A stretch of DNA of 64,000 bases from Octopus vulgaris (lineage: Eukaryota). Shown one piece after another: positions 30,980-45,619 of this stretch. The first letter of the stretch is position 1. Each line of letters begins with the position of its first letter. Under the pieces are notes generated by a model that worked only from the letters and a program-made list of their open reading frames with translations, searched no databases and was not told the DNA's origin. The DNA lies in assembly GCA_951406725.2 (NCBI GenBank), contig OX597820.1, positions 94,240,001 through 94,304,000 on the forward strand. Direction: 5' to 3'. The position numbers and the translations under genes were made by a program.

Positions 30980-31318
30980 TGTATACATATATGTGTGTTT
31001 ATTGTCTTCTAACATCATAGCCTGATGATACGACTTTCATCTTACCAGAGTAGACTTCGCTGAAGATACAAAAGTCGTAGCATCTGGCCATATCATAAAA
31101 GCAAGTAAACAGCATGTATTCTTGTGCTACATTGATTTCCTTCTTATCATGGATTACTATAATCATTTGATTGAAATCCATCTATTTATATATTCATGTA
31201 TGTGTATGTATGCATGAGTACAAGTACATAATTACATACACAGGCACACACACATATATGCATACATACATACATATCCGAACGTAGATTGAAAGACAGA
31301 CAGGCAAACAGACACATT

Positions 31319-31445
<127 letters not shown>

Positions 31446-31526
31446 GTGTATAATTTTAATTGTGTATTAAGCTGGACCTAATGCTTTTAGCCAACCATGT
31501 GAGACAAAAATAAACAAACACACACG

Positions 31527-31569
<43 letters not shown>

Positions 31570-31882
31570 TACAACTATATATGTATGCACCCATATATAA
31601 GTTCACTGATGTGCATATTTAACGCACATGTGAACGCACCCATACGTGCACACACATGCAAAAACGTGTCCTAGTTTCATATATATACGTGTGTGTGTGT
31701 GCGCGCGCCTCTGTGTGTGCGCGTGTGAGTGTGTGCGTGTGTGTGTATGTGTGTGCATGTATGCCTATATACGTACGTATACCCTTTAACTTAAACATCT
31801 TGAGCTTTACATGTGCATAAATATACACCTTGTGTAATCACACTTCACTTTTTAAGCATACGTGCATATACAGTATGCGCTT

Positions 31883-31914
<32 letters not shown>

Positions 31915-31951
31915 CCCCCTCTCTCTCTCTCTTCCCTTTTCTCTCTGTCGC

Positions 31952-32003
<52 letters not shown>

Positions 32004-32731
32004 GATTTTCTTCAGGGGCAAATATGTGACCCAGGAGAAAATCACGCACACGCACACAAACACACATGCGCACATACTGAATGAGAGAGACAGACAGACA
32101 GACAGACAGAGACAGAGACAGACATACAGACAGAGAAAGAGCGAAACACAAACTACTATTTACCTGACACATATTCACACACGTACGTACACTCCCACGT
32201 ATAGATACACCTACTCACACGAACAGACATACAATCATCAACGTTATGTGTTACAATGAATGATGACATTGTTATGATATAGAAACGACCTATTGTTCAA
32301 CAGAACTGCGTGAAAAAGCCAGACGTTGACATGTTTAAAAGCAAAGTTACTTGAATTATATATACACCTGTCACCCGATCCTGTAATGAGCTGTTCCTCT
32401 GCCTACTGAAATCATTTTAGCGTGAAAGTAAATTCTCACTGATCTGAGTCGACGAAATTGCTTTGATTTTCAATACTGATTACTTGAGGAAGTGATTGGT
32501 CTGCAGAATCACAAGAAAGTTGCACAAAATGTTTTTTTACAGTATTAGTTTTAATTTTTCTTTTAACTGTTTTACGAGTTCAAATCTCCCTGGGGCCAGC
32601 TTCGTATTTCATCCTTCCGGAGCCGATAACATGAAGAGCCGCTGGGATTGATTCTAATTTACTAACCTCCTACTCAAAATTTCTGGCCTCGTGCCGTTAT
32701 GAAAAATTTATTAAAATTTCATATTTTACAC

Positions 32732-32906
32732 AGGCGTAAGAGTGGCTGTGTGGTAAGTAGCTTGTTTACCAACCACATGGTTCTGGGCTGAGTCTCACTG
32801 CGTGGCACCTTGGGCAAGTGTCTTCTATTATAGCTTCGGGTCGACCAAAGCCTTGTGAGTGGATTTGGTAGACGGAAACTGAAAGAAACCCGTCGTATAT
32901 ATGTAG

Positions 32907-32952
<46 letters not shown>

Positions 32953-33165
32953 GTGTCTGTGTTTGTCCTCCCATCATCGCTTGACAACCTGGTGTGTTTA
33001 AGTCGCCGTAACTTAGCGGTTCGGCAAAAGAGACCGATAGAATAAGTACTAGGCTTACAAAGAATAAGTCCTGGGGTCGATTTGCTCGACTAAAGGCGGT
33101 GCTCCAGCATGGCCACAGTCAACTGAGTGAAACAAGTGAAAGAGTAAAAGAGGAAAAAGGAAAAG
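32732..33165 (+). mobile_element. SINE family A
   Basis: Full-length match, internal (TG)n. Confidence 0.92.
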
Positions 33166-33544
33166 TCGTTTCTCTTTGTGATGTTACAATTGTTTGTTAG
33201 TTCCTTGTGTCCTGATCGATCAGACCGATGATCAGAAGCATTCCAGCCGTAACCATCTCATCTTATTTTTTCATATTTAATGTATCAAGAACTACATTAT
33301 CCAATGCGGTGTCTATTTTTAAAAGTATTAGGACATAATATGATGTAAATTTTTGTATCCCATCTAGTAGGTCAGGTGATCATGTGGATTGCAATATTTA
33401 TTTTTTACTGAGAATTCATCTAAACAAATCTCAATATATTACTGGTCGTCATATTTTATTGACACTGGTTGGGCGAAGGTCAGATAAAATATACTTGAAA
33501 ATGAGGTCAGATTTGAAGCGAATTAACGTAAAGGAGTGTAACTA

Positions 33545-33825
33545 AGTTCAAAGTATTTAGACCAGTTAAGGCCCGTAGCTAAACAGCTCAAAGTGTTTAA
33601 ACCGGTTAAGAGCCGTGGCTAAACAGCTCTAAGTATTTAGTCCACTCAAAAGTTCAAAGCGTCTTGTCCAGTTAAGGGGCTACATAAACGAGGCAATTCA
33701 TTTAGACCTGTTACAGGCCGTAGCTTAACAGCTCAAAGCATTTAGCTCGGTTAAGCAATTTTTCAAATTAAGAAGCATAGCTTAGCAACTTAAACTATTT
33801 AGACCGGTTAAACGTCGTAGCTGAA
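33545..33825. repeat. 40-bp minisatellite, about 6-7 diverged units
   Basis: Unit AAAGTATTTAGACCAGTTAAGGCCCGTAGCTAAACAGCTC; the first copies are in register and later ones are decayed. Confidence 0.8.
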
Positions 33826-35454
33826 CAATGAATTTTTTCATCTTAAGGGGCGTGAGCATAGAAACTTCATAAAATAGACACTATGAGAGAAAGTTCTGCG
33901 GTAATGGAGAGTTGTGGGAACATACAGGTTTAACCAGTTGGGAGTACGTCATTTCAAACATGCACTTAGGCTTGAAACGTTGGTCACTTCTTTTTGAAAG
34001 TATGGTGATGGAGAAACTCAGCAGCACCTCGAGTGACTGAGCAGACTTCTCCAGAGATAACACTGCTTACCTATTAATCAGTAAGAACCTAGAAAAGGTG
34101 AACTAAACAAAGCCTCCTTAATTTTGCAACTGGCCAGCAATTCTGTGGTGGATGATTGTAACATCCAGGAAATTTGCGACATTCCAAGAAGCAGTCGTAG
34201 TCGGACACAAGTTGACTTCCACCATGTTTGTATAAGGATGTATAATTATATATATGCACGTAGGTGTGTGTAAAAGTGCTGTATGTATACATGCATGCAT
34301 GAATATGTATGTATTAGTAGCAAGTTTGTGAAGGAAAGCATTTTGTTTAAGTTCATCATTCTTTAAATCATTAGGTCATTCACATTTTTATTATCTCAGA
34401 TAACGTGATCATTTGTAGTGTATAAATTAAGGCGTTGCATTCACTCCCCCAAAAGCCCAAGTTCAGCCATGCTTTGCTCCAGGCAGATAGGTATATATCT
34501 TATTACTTCAATAGTAGAAGACCAAGGTAGCATGCATGGGACTGAACCTAGAACCATGTGGTTCTTGCGACACAGCCACGCCCACACCTATATGTGTGTG
34601 TGTGTGTGTGTGTGGAGAGAGAGAGAAAGGAGAGGGAGGGAGAGAGAGACAGTGTGTGTGTATTTTTTTTTTTACCAAATTCCATTTGACAAAGTACTGG
34701 TCAACAAAAGATAATCGGAGAACAGACATGTTCAAGATAGCGCGTTTCGAAATTGAACCCGGAACTATGTGGTTGCGAATCTAAATTTTCAATCATACAA
34801 TTATGTCTCAATGTTTCTTCGAGCCATATATTTGTTTTATTTTATTTTGTTCTCTTTATGCAAAATTTGATTATATTCCAGTTTCTTTACACTAATGTTC
34901 GAAAATTTTGTAAAGACTATATATTTGGTGAAACAGAATTCTAAACAGAATTTCATTTATTTTACTTTATTGTCGTCAACAAAATTAGTTTTTACCGGAA
35001 ATAAAAACCGGTTTATAGACCGGTTTTGACAAAGAATTACCTTTTTCTTTGCTATGTCTATCCTACGTAATTCTATTAAAAGCATCATCCATAATAACTG
35101 TCAGACAAGCACAATAGAAAATAAATACAAGAGAAATTTAACAGAAATAGTAAAATAAACGCAGTAACTAATTATTGATAGAGTCCTCCTACATAGACTA
35201 CAAAAAACGATACCGACTACTTTGGGGAATCACTACTTTAAATATTCTGATTTCAGGTATTGAATGTCAAAATATTTTTTAATCAATATATGACGATAAC
35301 GATATCAGTGTTCCGGTTTGTCAAATTCTTATTTTGTGTTTTGATAATTTTTTTCATTTTATAAAATTTTTTTTTTTCATTTTGTCATGAGAAGTTTGTA
35401 TCGTGGTTAAGAAGTTGAAAGCCGTCTTTAACAACAAACATATTCTGTGTTCTA

Positions 35455-35536
<82 letters not shown>

Positions 35537-35615
35537 AGAAAAACATAAATCCGGAGAAGAAGCACACTCTAAGAAGTAGAGAAGTCTATATTTATTACTG
35601 GTGAAAGTCAGTTGA

Positions 35616-35675
35616 TAGGATTACTCTGGGTTTCTCGTCATAAAGGGTACCTTTATGGAGTATCTTCAGAACCTA
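35616..35675 (-). ncRNA. Type-I hammerhead ribozyme motif in a short element (about 35540-35790)
   Basis: revcomp: taggtt-CTGAAGA-t actc cataaagg tac cctttatg acg a-GAAAC ccaga GTA-atccta. Confidence 0.7.
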
Positions 35676-36078
35676 AGACCTGTTGGCCTGTAGTCTTTTT
35701 AAAATATGGAGGGGGAAACTATACAGATATAAACAACGGGGATTATCTCCATCAAAAGGGATCATCTCTAGCAAAGGAAATAGACTCCATTATATATATA
35801 TATATACACACCGTGGCATGATGCCTCCGGCCATTACACGGTTCGTGGATGGCTATAATGTAATATAAAGTGGACAGATATAATGAGGGAGATAACATGG
35901 GTTTGCACTTGATATTCTTTTATTACATCTGTCACATATGTTTCAGTATTTGCCAATAAGTTTATAGTGTGTTATCATTCATTACCAGATATTGAGACAT
36001 GTGCAACAAATCTAATAAAGGAATACCGAATTCAAATGCTTCTTCTTTTCTCCCGTTACGTATATTATTTGTGTGTGT

Positions 36079-36137
<59 letters not shown>

Positions 36138-36138
36138 G

Positions 36139-36390
36139 TGAGGGTGCATGGCTTAGTGGTTAAGGTATTGCATTCACGACTGTGAGATCGTGGGTTCGAT
36201 TCCCAGACCGGGCGTTGCGTTGTGTTCTTGAGCAAAGCACTTCATTTCACGTTGCTCTACGATCATTTCGACATCTGACATGTGGCTCCCGTTTCACCTG
36301 TACAGGTAATGTCGATCTGATGGAGGGAGTGAACTTATGAGTACACAAACATTTGCTCACTATAAACAAATCATCTGTGTAGTTGTTCGT
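36139..36390 (+). mobile_element. SINE with B2-type head and a third tail type (E)
   Basis: GCATGGCTTAGTGGTTAAGG..GGTTCGATTCC head and TTGAGCAAAGCACTTCATTTCACG core, then an unrelated tail. Confidence 0.75.
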
Positions 36391-36606
36391 TATTAGATTA
36401 TTGGTGGGTTTCTTACTTTAAAATTAATACTTAAAAATTAAAATTAATATTTAACATTATAATCGATGTTTTGATATAATCATTATCGTTAAGTTTTAAG
36501 TTTCTAGTTTGATAATAGATTTTTTTTATAAGTAAAATTCTTATATTATTTATTTCTTAAAAATATTGTTTAAACATTTCTGATTATTTATTAAAATATT
36601 ACAATT

Positions 36607-36700
36607 AACCTGAAGATTGACTGTAACCATAATTCGAATTATTAATTGAATTTAAATTATTGTTATTCGAATTGGTTACAACCATGAAACGATCGTAGTG
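36607..36700 (+). ncRNA. Hammerhead motif with elongated stem II in an AT-rich element (about 36390-36985)
   Basis: CTGAAGA (36610), TGTAACCA..ATTCGAAT / ATTCGAAT..TGGTTACA hairpin, GAAAC gatc GTA; stem I weak. Confidence 0.6.
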
Positions 36701-36982
36701 TTTTACTCTTTATCTTTTATTAAACTTTTAATACTTTTTGATATTTATATAATTTGAAAAAAAAAATAAATAAATAAATAAAAATAATATAAAAATAAAA
36801 ATATATACATATATATATATATATTTATATATATATATATTTAAAATGTATAAGTTTAAATTATTTAAATAATTTTTAAATTTTAACTTTTATATATTTT
36901 TTAATTAATTTTATTTCTATGTATTGGCTTATGATTTTCACTGTTTGATTTGCCTAATAGTGGTTTTATCTCTAATTTAATA

Positions 36983-37053
<71 letters not shown>

Positions 37054-38224
37054 AACAGAAATTTTACTGCTTATGAGTTAATAGTTTTACTTTAGGTTTG
37101 AAGACTTCTACAGTCTCTAGAAATTCTTCGTTCAGTGATTCGGTACGCGTGGAGACATCTATGGACATCAATGATTAACTGATTAGGTCATAAGACTGAA
37201 ATGTTTGAAGGTGTTACCAGTAACTTGATAAAATAATTAAAATATTAGTAATTGACTAATATTTTATTCTTCACTCCGTAATTATTTCTAGTAAGCGGAA
37301 GAAAATATCATGGTTTAACGGAGAGGGATGTGACTGCAGCAACACATTGTGGAGAACAGAGAACAAGATGAGTCCAGCAAGCTACTTTTGTAATTTGCTG
37401 CATCCGTCTCCATCCCCAATAGTCTTGACCTGGTCTTGCCACTGGATTAAAGATGGACACTGACAACAGAGTGGGATTGACGATGCGCAATTCTTCTTCA
37501 CTTTAAAAGTCACCACACAACTCATTAGTCATACTTCACTCTGGTTGACCAGATGATGCTTGTCGACCCGACAGACATACTTGTAGTCTGCAAATTTGTT
37601 GAAGTTTTTTTTTTTGTTTGGCTGTGCATTACATGCATGTAATTGTAAAATCGTTATATGGTCTACATCTCTTGGTGATCTACTTGATGCCGAACACAGT
37701 TGTATGTTCTTTCATGGTCTAAGCGTAAGTGGAGAGTTTGTTGCCTTCCCCTTTATATTTCTGAAAGAAGTGTAATTTTAAAAAACCAACAATTCGCTGA
37801 AAAAATTTTTTATGACTATTATACTAACGATAATCGACACACATATCTACACATTCAAGACTTAAGGAAATTGAGGTATTTAAATCCAAGCTTTTATGGG
37901 TTTAAGTGAAAAGTAAATAGCTTAGCGCTGATATTAAACACATTAAGAAATTAAAAGAAAACACTTCAACTTGTCTAATAAAAGCAGTAGAAGACTCTCT
38001 AAACTTACATCGAATAATGAAATCCTCAACAATGCAGATCCCTACAGCAATAATACACGAATATCTTACACATTCAAAGACAATATACCGCAGACTCCGG
38101 GCAAGATGCTGCAACATGGAATACTTCATTTTTCGCTTTCTCCTTAAATGGCTGAAAGTTTCATATATATATATATATATATGCATACATATATATACAT
38201 ATACATATACACACACACACACAC

Positions 38225-38282
<58 letters not shown>

Positions 38283-38329
38283 CCGTTAAATACTTTAAAA
38301 ACATTCAATACAAATAGAAATAGGGTAAT

Positions 38330-38735
38330 AATTTTTGCTTCCCAGCCTCATGAATTCCGTTTCAATCCCACTGCGTAGCACTTGTATTTTGCAATAGACC
38401 CAGAATGACCAAAGTTTCGTGAGTGGATTTGATAAATAGAAACTGAGAGAAGCCTGGTACATATATAAAAAACATATATATCAAGAGAGTGGGGAGAGAT
38501 AAAAATATAGATATATGTTTGTGTATCGTTGTGTTTCTCCCCCGCCACCACTTTACAATTGGTGTTGGTTTGTTTACGCACCCGTATAAACAAACAAAAG
38601 AGACTAATAGAATAAGTACCAGGCTTTAAAACAATACAGTGGTCGATTCGTTCAACTAAAACCCTTCAAGGAGAAGCCCTAGCATGGCTGCAGTCCAATG
38701 ACTGAAACAAGTAAAAAAAAAAACAAAAGATAAAG
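38330..38735 (+). mobile_element. Diverged family A SINE
   Basis: GTGAGTGGATTTG, AGAATAAGTACCAGG and GCATGGCTGCAGTCCAATGACTGAAACAAGTAAAA motifs. Confidence 0.75.
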
Positions 38736-40799
38736 AATGGTCTCCATCCTCATCCTCGTCCAGCTTTTATATACATCTCTCATCTTCCTCTTCTCACATC
38801 TGCTGTGCTTCAACTTCCAAACCTCCGTAAGCCCTTGTTTGATGATGTTGATTTAAAGAATTTTAAATTGAATACCAATCAACCAGCTAATTAAATCGAT
38901 GCTAACACACTTAATATGGTGAGAGAAAAAAAAAAGTTAATTAAAATTCTATTTCTTCCATTTTATTTTGATTTCCCGCTCTTTCAGCTTTCGTTCTTCC
39001 ATTGTTCTTTTATTTATCTCATTACTTATTTATTTACTTCCTCTCTCTTTTTTTACCTCATTCTTTTACTTACAATCATCATTGTTTCTTCTTTTTCGTT
39101 CAGTGTTTGCTTCATTCGTTATACCTTTCTTTTTACAATGCATTTTTTTTATAGTTGTCCTGATTTTATATCTGTTCCCCCGCCGCCACCACCACCACCA
39201 CCAATTTTTCTTTTCTCTCTCTCTCTTTCTCTCTTACCTTTCTTTTTACTTGTTTTCCTTTTCTTGCTTCATTTTCTTTTTGTGTTTTTCTTTTCAGATG
39301 TCATTCTTCTATTACATCTTTCAAATAACACCTTCCCTTCACAACATAAAGACGCTTGGCGCCATCTTAACACATATAGCACACTAATAACGTTTCTTAA
39401 TTTTACAACATGGTGTACTACCCACAATGTCAATCAAACTGCAGCGATGAATGACAGTTTAGCAGAGTGTCTGTTTAATAAAAGAAAGGAGCTTATTCCG
39501 TTTCCCATGCTAAAATAAAAAATAAACGCTATCTCTGTAAACTATCATATTGAATAGGTTTATGTCCACATTCAAAGTTGGACAGGGGTTTAAGCTGGAA
39601 CATATATTCACTTATACTTGTATTGGTCTCAATCACTCTTCTGTGGCCATGAATCGATACCATTAGTGAATGACGTCAGATATGTACACAAATAAGGAAA
39701 CTCGGATCTGCCTTCATTACATAGCTCCATTGCTGTAATACAATGATTCCAAGCCTTTTCTATATCCTGCACTCTAGAAATGCTTGATTAGTTTTCACAC
39801 ACCTGCTAAAGGAATATAGCAAATAACTAATTTAATATTTAATTTAATTAAACCTTTACCTGTCCAAAGTATTTTTATAAGTTTGTTCTGAACATTCATA
39901 TTTGTTTTCAGACTTTTAGTTAAGCCTTATTTCAAATGTTGTGAGTAATATATATTTTTCTTTTCATAAGTTCCAAGTTATTCTGGTGGTTGAAAACAAT
40001 ATGCTTTTAAAAACGACACATGAACGTCAAGAAAACATTTACGTTGTATCAAATATGATACACAGGACGGGAGAAGGATTAAGTCACATATAGTACTGAG
40101 AAGGTGGGGGAGGAATGCCATTACTTGTTACGCACCATTTGAACTCAACGGAGTGTTCCCTTCCTCACTTTTCTGTCTTTTATTTACTCAATTAATGTGG
40201 TTTCCCATTCACCAGTTTTCTTCTTTTTAACAACGGATTCTTCCTCTAAGCACGTTCTCTCTCCCTCTATTTCAAAAACCTTTTATTTCCCTTTAATTCT
40301 TTCCATCTCTCTTCCTTCAACCTACCATCCCATCCATGCATACAGATGCACACAGACTTGCATTAATCGACTCTTCTATCTGCACACTTCCGTGCACATA
40401 CTCTTGTGTCCACATTCGCTGACTAATATATTCACCGATTCTGTGTCTACTTCCTTGTCTTTTTCTTTTTAAGCATTATTGACATTTCTACCCATCAACT
40501 TTCGCCCTCTTCTATCCAGAAACCACATACCCATCTACCCATATCCTTCGGTTGTTATAACCATGATTCTCTGACAGCAACACGCAGGTTGTTTCTCTTA
40601 CTTTCTTATTATCTCCCTTCTCTAACTCAATAAAGAGACGATGCTCAAAATGTCAATATTTTCTCTTCTTCTACAAGGCGTAATATATTTACTTCACATT
40701 TATCATTACTTAAACTTATTAGATTCGATTATTTGTTGATGACTCAAGCCCACAACATATTCCTTAGATTCTGGATTTCATACTACATATACAAGCACT

Positions 40800-41067
40800 A
40801 TGTCGGTTATTACGACGAGTGTTCCAGTTGATCCGTTCGACGGAACAGCCTGCTCGTGAAATTATCATGCAAGTGGCTGAGCACTCTACAGACACGCGGA
40901 ACACAGAATATTACAAGGCTGGCTCTTGGAAATACAGGTACAAAATATTTTTGCCAACAAAATGGACTGCATCAATGTGAAATAATGTCTTGCTCAAGAA
41001 CACAACACGCCGTCGGGTATTGAACTCAGGAGTCGAATGTCCTAGCCATTAAGCCACGCGCCTTCAC
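40800..41067 (-). mobile_element. SINE family B2, internally deleted
   Basis: CGGAACAGCCTGCTCGTGAAATT tail and AAGCCACGCGCCTTCAC head. Confidence 0.8.
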
Positions 41068-41765
41068 TACATATGGAATGTCTGTATTTTGATTATATGT
41101 CTATTCAAGCAGGTTTAACTTGAGATTAATCACCTACACCTAGGGAACCTATAAGAAGTCGTACGACTTGCTAAAAATAGCTGTAGAAGATACCTTGAAA
41201 TTACACTTACTGATAAGAAAAACAAAGACACATTAGATGATGTAATTCTAGATACAGAATGTTTGAACAAAATACGGGTTGGTCGCGAAAGATCTTTCAT
41301 CATACATCTATTCGACCAGGGCTCAGCTGCATAGTGGTGCTGGGTGAGTGGTGTTGGCGTTTATGTCAACAAATATAATAACGATTTCATTATTAATATT
41401 AATTGCTGGCCTACAACCATTGATCGTTTTAATTCCACACCTGACCCTTGAATAACTTCAGCGAAGTCCCCTCAGTTATCAGTAGAAAAAACATCTGTTT
41501 CCAGTCTAAGGAAAAAATTCTGTCTTTCCCCTGACAGACTTAGAAAGCTATGAAAAAGGACAGAAGCAACGTCTCTCTTACACTAACCAAATCATAAAGA
41601 AATAGAAAGCAACAAAGTGTATTGATATTTTCATGATAAACAAAAATAAACGTTAACAACTACATAAGCAGCAAGCGATCAACAGAACTAATAATAGGCT
41701 TAAGACGGATATCGCTATCCAACATGTTGTCAGAGCGATTGTTATTGTAGTTGCTACCATTTTTA

Positions 41766-41870
<105 letters not shown>

Positions 41871-42186
41871 GTGTTTCGTTTGTTTCTCCTTGACAACCCG
41901 AGTAAGCATCCTTTTGTGATAAATGATGATTCAGCAGTCTCATCTGATTATGACAGACAGAGATAGAGATTGCACCATTGTTAGAAAGGGGGGGAGAATA
42001 TCGGTTGATACAGGTAGAGAAATGAGAGGGTGGGGGGTTAATTTGTGTATGAAGCTCAAGTTCACACACACACACACACACAAGCACACACAAGCACACA
42101 CAACACATATACACAAACAGCCACCACACACATACACATACACACACAAATGAATACAACGCACGCACATATATGTATGTTTATGC

Positions 42187-42260
<74 letters not shown>

Positions 42261-42304
42261 GCATAAACATACATATATATATATATACATGCATATATAT
42301 ATAC

Positions 42305-42336
<32 letters not shown>

Positions 42337-42995
42337 ACACACATCCGCACACACATATATATAAACACTTATAAATATGTTGATAAAGAAAAAGATGCAT
42401 TTGGCAGAGAAAGAGAGAGAGAAACTGAGACAGAGACAGAGTGAGAAAGAGAGAGAGACAGACTGACAGACAGAGAAACTGACAGAGACGGGGGAAAGAG
42501 AGAGAGATGAAGCAGTAAGGGATAATACACAAGCGATAGTGCTTTAGTTCGTGTACACATTTATCCTTAGATCGATAGAAACAGAGAGAGGGGGAAGAGG
42601 GAAGGAGGGAGTAAGAGAAAGAAAGGGTTTGAAGAGAAAGCTGGAAATAAGAACAGAAATGCAACAATCTACTTCGAGACAACACAGTTACAGTTGTAAA
42701 TGTTGTAATTGTAATTGTAATTGTAGCTAAAAAGTAGGCAGATCCATAATTCCATAAATTACGGAGGATCATCAATATCGGAGAGAATGCAAGGCTAAAA
42801 AAGCCTACTAAATTAGTAAAGGCTTGCATAAGAAACAAAAACTGTAAGGCAGATCCTACTTGTTATCTTCTTTTTATGGTTTGCTCCTGAGCTAGAAAAG
42901 ACCGGCCGAGATAAAATATTGAAAATCTAGTTCTAATCAGCAAAGCAGTAAATGCATGCATATACATGTATATGTATATATGCATGTATGTGCAT

Positions 42996-43178
42996 AGGAG
43001 TGGCTGTGTGGTAAGTAGCTAGCTAACCAACCACATGGTTGCGGGTTCAGTCCCACTGCGTGGCATCTTGAGCAAGTGTCTTCTGCTATAGCCCCGGGCC
43101 GACCAATGCCTTGTGAGTGGATTTGGTAGACGGAAACTGAAAGAAGCCTGTCGTATATATGTATATATATATATATAT

Positions 43179-43246
<68 letters not shown>

Positions 43247-43453
43247 TGCGTCTGTGTTTGTCCCCCTAGCGTTGCTTGACAACCGATGCTAGTGTGTTTA
43301 CGTCCCCGTCACTTAGCGGTTCGGCAAAAGAGACCGATAGAATAAGTACTGGGCTTACAAAGAATAAGTTCCGGGGTCGATTTGATCGACTAAAGGCGGT
43401 GCTCCAGCATGGCCGCAGTCAAATGACTGAAACAAGTAAAAGAGTAAAAGAGT
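42996..43453 (+). mobile_element. SINE family A
   Basis: Full-length match, internal (TA)n(TG)n. Confidence 0.92.
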
Positions 43454-43467
43454 ATATGTACATATAT

Positions 43468-43590
43468 GGAGACACGTGGCTTAGTGGTTAGGATGTTGGA
43501 CTTATGATCGTAAGATTGTGGTTTCGATTCCTGGACCGGGCGATGCGTTGTGTTTATGAGCAATACACCTCATTTCGCGATGCTCCAGTT
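43468..43590 (+). mobile_element. SINE family B2 head, truncated
   Basis: CGTGGCTTAGTGGTTAGG..GGTTTCGATTCCTGGACCGGGCG. Confidence 0.75.
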
Positions 43591-44872
43591 CGGTTGGATC
43601 GTTGCAATGCACAGCTTTACCTGCTAGGTCAGTAAAGTAAGCGGCCATCAATCAGAAATGTTTAGCATAGCACGCTCCGTCCGTCAGGACTGCCTACTCT
43701 CGCTTCATCTGTACGTGCTGACTCTCGAGTCATTGCCACGGAAGGTGGAACGGTTGAGGGATATCCTATTTGAATTGGAATCCAGGAGTGTGGTGTCGGC
43801 GTACTCGGATGATGTCACCGTCATGGTGTCGGATACGTCCGAAATGGGGACGGTCGGATCAATTCTATACGAATACGTGTCAGCGGTAGGGGCTAAGATC
43901 AACGCCTACAAGTCGGTGGGCTTGCGACTGAGCACCTGGAGAGGCAGGTCGATGCCGTCGAACGGCGACGTTGGACTCTGGACTGACAGACCAGTTAAAC
44001 TACTTGGGGACTGTTTCGTTCTCGTCTCCAAGTGGATATGAACTGTGATAAGGGAACGAACGGGGTAGCCAATGTTATCCAGAAATAGACAGAGAGAAAG
44101 ATGTTCCTGAGAGGTCGAGCTGAGATAGTTTCGGTCGTGCATTGTGCTGGCTACCTCTTGTTTAGGTTGGAGCACTTGTTATTTATTTTCTTTTGGAAAG
44201 GACGCTTTATAATGGTCAGGTGGTCAATCTACTGCCAACTGGTTGTCTGGTGGGCGAGGCGAAAGTGGTTGTCTGGTGGGCGAGGCGAAAGTGGTTGTCT
44301 GGTGGGCGAGGCGAAAGTGGTTGTATGGTGGGCGAGGCGAAAGTGGTTGTCTGGTGGGCGAGGCGAAAGTGGTTGTCTGGTGGGCGAGGCGAAAGTAGTT
44401 GTCTGGTGAAAGTCTGAGGATGGAGACTCTCCTCCTACGTAGATCTCTCATTGACTTTTTCAAGCTTTACTTGAAAGTGAAAGTGAAGATAGAGAAAGAG
44501 TTGTGGTCATTGAGCAAATTTATTGAAAGGTGGGTGAAAGATGTAAAAATGGCAAGAGTGGATGGCATCGTTCCAATTGAAGATTTGTGAATTGGAGGAA
44601 TGAAACTGGAGAGGGCACTCACCTTTAGTGTTCAGAGTGATCTGGGATGGTGGGTTTCCTCTATTGTCCGTAGAGGTCCTTCTGCATCAGGAGAACCATA
44701 TCACTGTCACCCTTTTCTTTTTACTGTTGTGTACTATGTATACTTCTCTTCTTTGTTTATTATATACCATGCATGCTTTCCTATTATTTCATTATATATA
44801 ATATTCACGCTTTGTCTGTCTTTGTATTGTTCCCCCGCTCTGGGGGTAAATAAAAGAAATCATTATCATTAA
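43590..44872 (+). mobile_element. L1/Tx1-clade LINE, 5'-truncated, decayed ORF2 RT with 3' UTR
   Basis: RSVRQDCLLS (cf. RQGCPLS), SAYSDDVTV (cf. YADD), GAKINAYKS, VKLLG and C-terminal FIERW; ends AATAAAAGAAATCATTATCATT. Confidence 0.85.
44240..44407. repeat. 26-bp GC-rich minisatellite, about 6.5 copies (TGGTTGTCTGGTGGGCGAGGCGAAAG)
   Basis: Near-perfect head-to-tail copies with about 2 substitutions. Confidence 0.95.
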
Positions 44873-45442
44873 CAACAACAAACGCAAGCTCAACAGCAAC
44901 AACAATAATAATAATATTACGTACATGTTCCTAGATACCGCCGTACGCTTTTTTGCACACCCAAACATGTTTGTGAGAGATATATGCATATGTACTTGTG
45001 TGCATACACGCATATATATTTTCATACATACAGACATAGAGAAACACATGTATCTGTGCTTTCATACATACTTACTCGCATATATGAATACATGAAAACG
45101 TACAGACGTTTCAGTACACATCCTTACATGCGTGCATACATACACAGGTACAAACATTCGCTACATGTATGTACATGTCTCTTTATACCTATTTGCCCTT
45201 ATGTGCAATCAGACATGTAGATACACGTTTGAGGTATATGTGGGTGGGTATATGCATGTATATGAGTATATGTGGATGTATGTTCGGATGCGCAAATGCG
45301 CCTGAAGACATGTATGTATGAATGTATATTGCATTTTACGCTTCACTGAGTAATTATCGTTTGTTTCCCTCCAATCATGTGCATACATACATCTATATAT
45401 GTATACGCACATGTGTGTATGTATGTGTATGCGTTTGTGCAT

Positions 45443-45532
<90 letters not shown>

Positions 45533-45619
45533 TATTAGAGACAAAACCACTATTTTGCAAAACAAACAAGGAAAGACTTAATCAATACATAAAATTTTAA
45601 TAAATAGTCAAAAAAACCG

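Noticed and set aside
31038-31048. CATCTTACC match to the start of miR-8-5p
   Set aside because: The remainder and the miR-8-3p arm do not match.
37100-37800. Possible piggyBac C-terminal remnant
   Set aside because: No TTAA-bounded TIRs or convincing motif found by eye.
38916-39518. 200-aa hydrophobic ORF
   Set aside because: T/C-rich low-complexity DNA yields F/L/S-rich pseudo-membrane proteins; no family features.
44240-44407. CRISPR-like 26-bp repeats
   Set aside because: No spacers, no cas genes, eukaryotic context.
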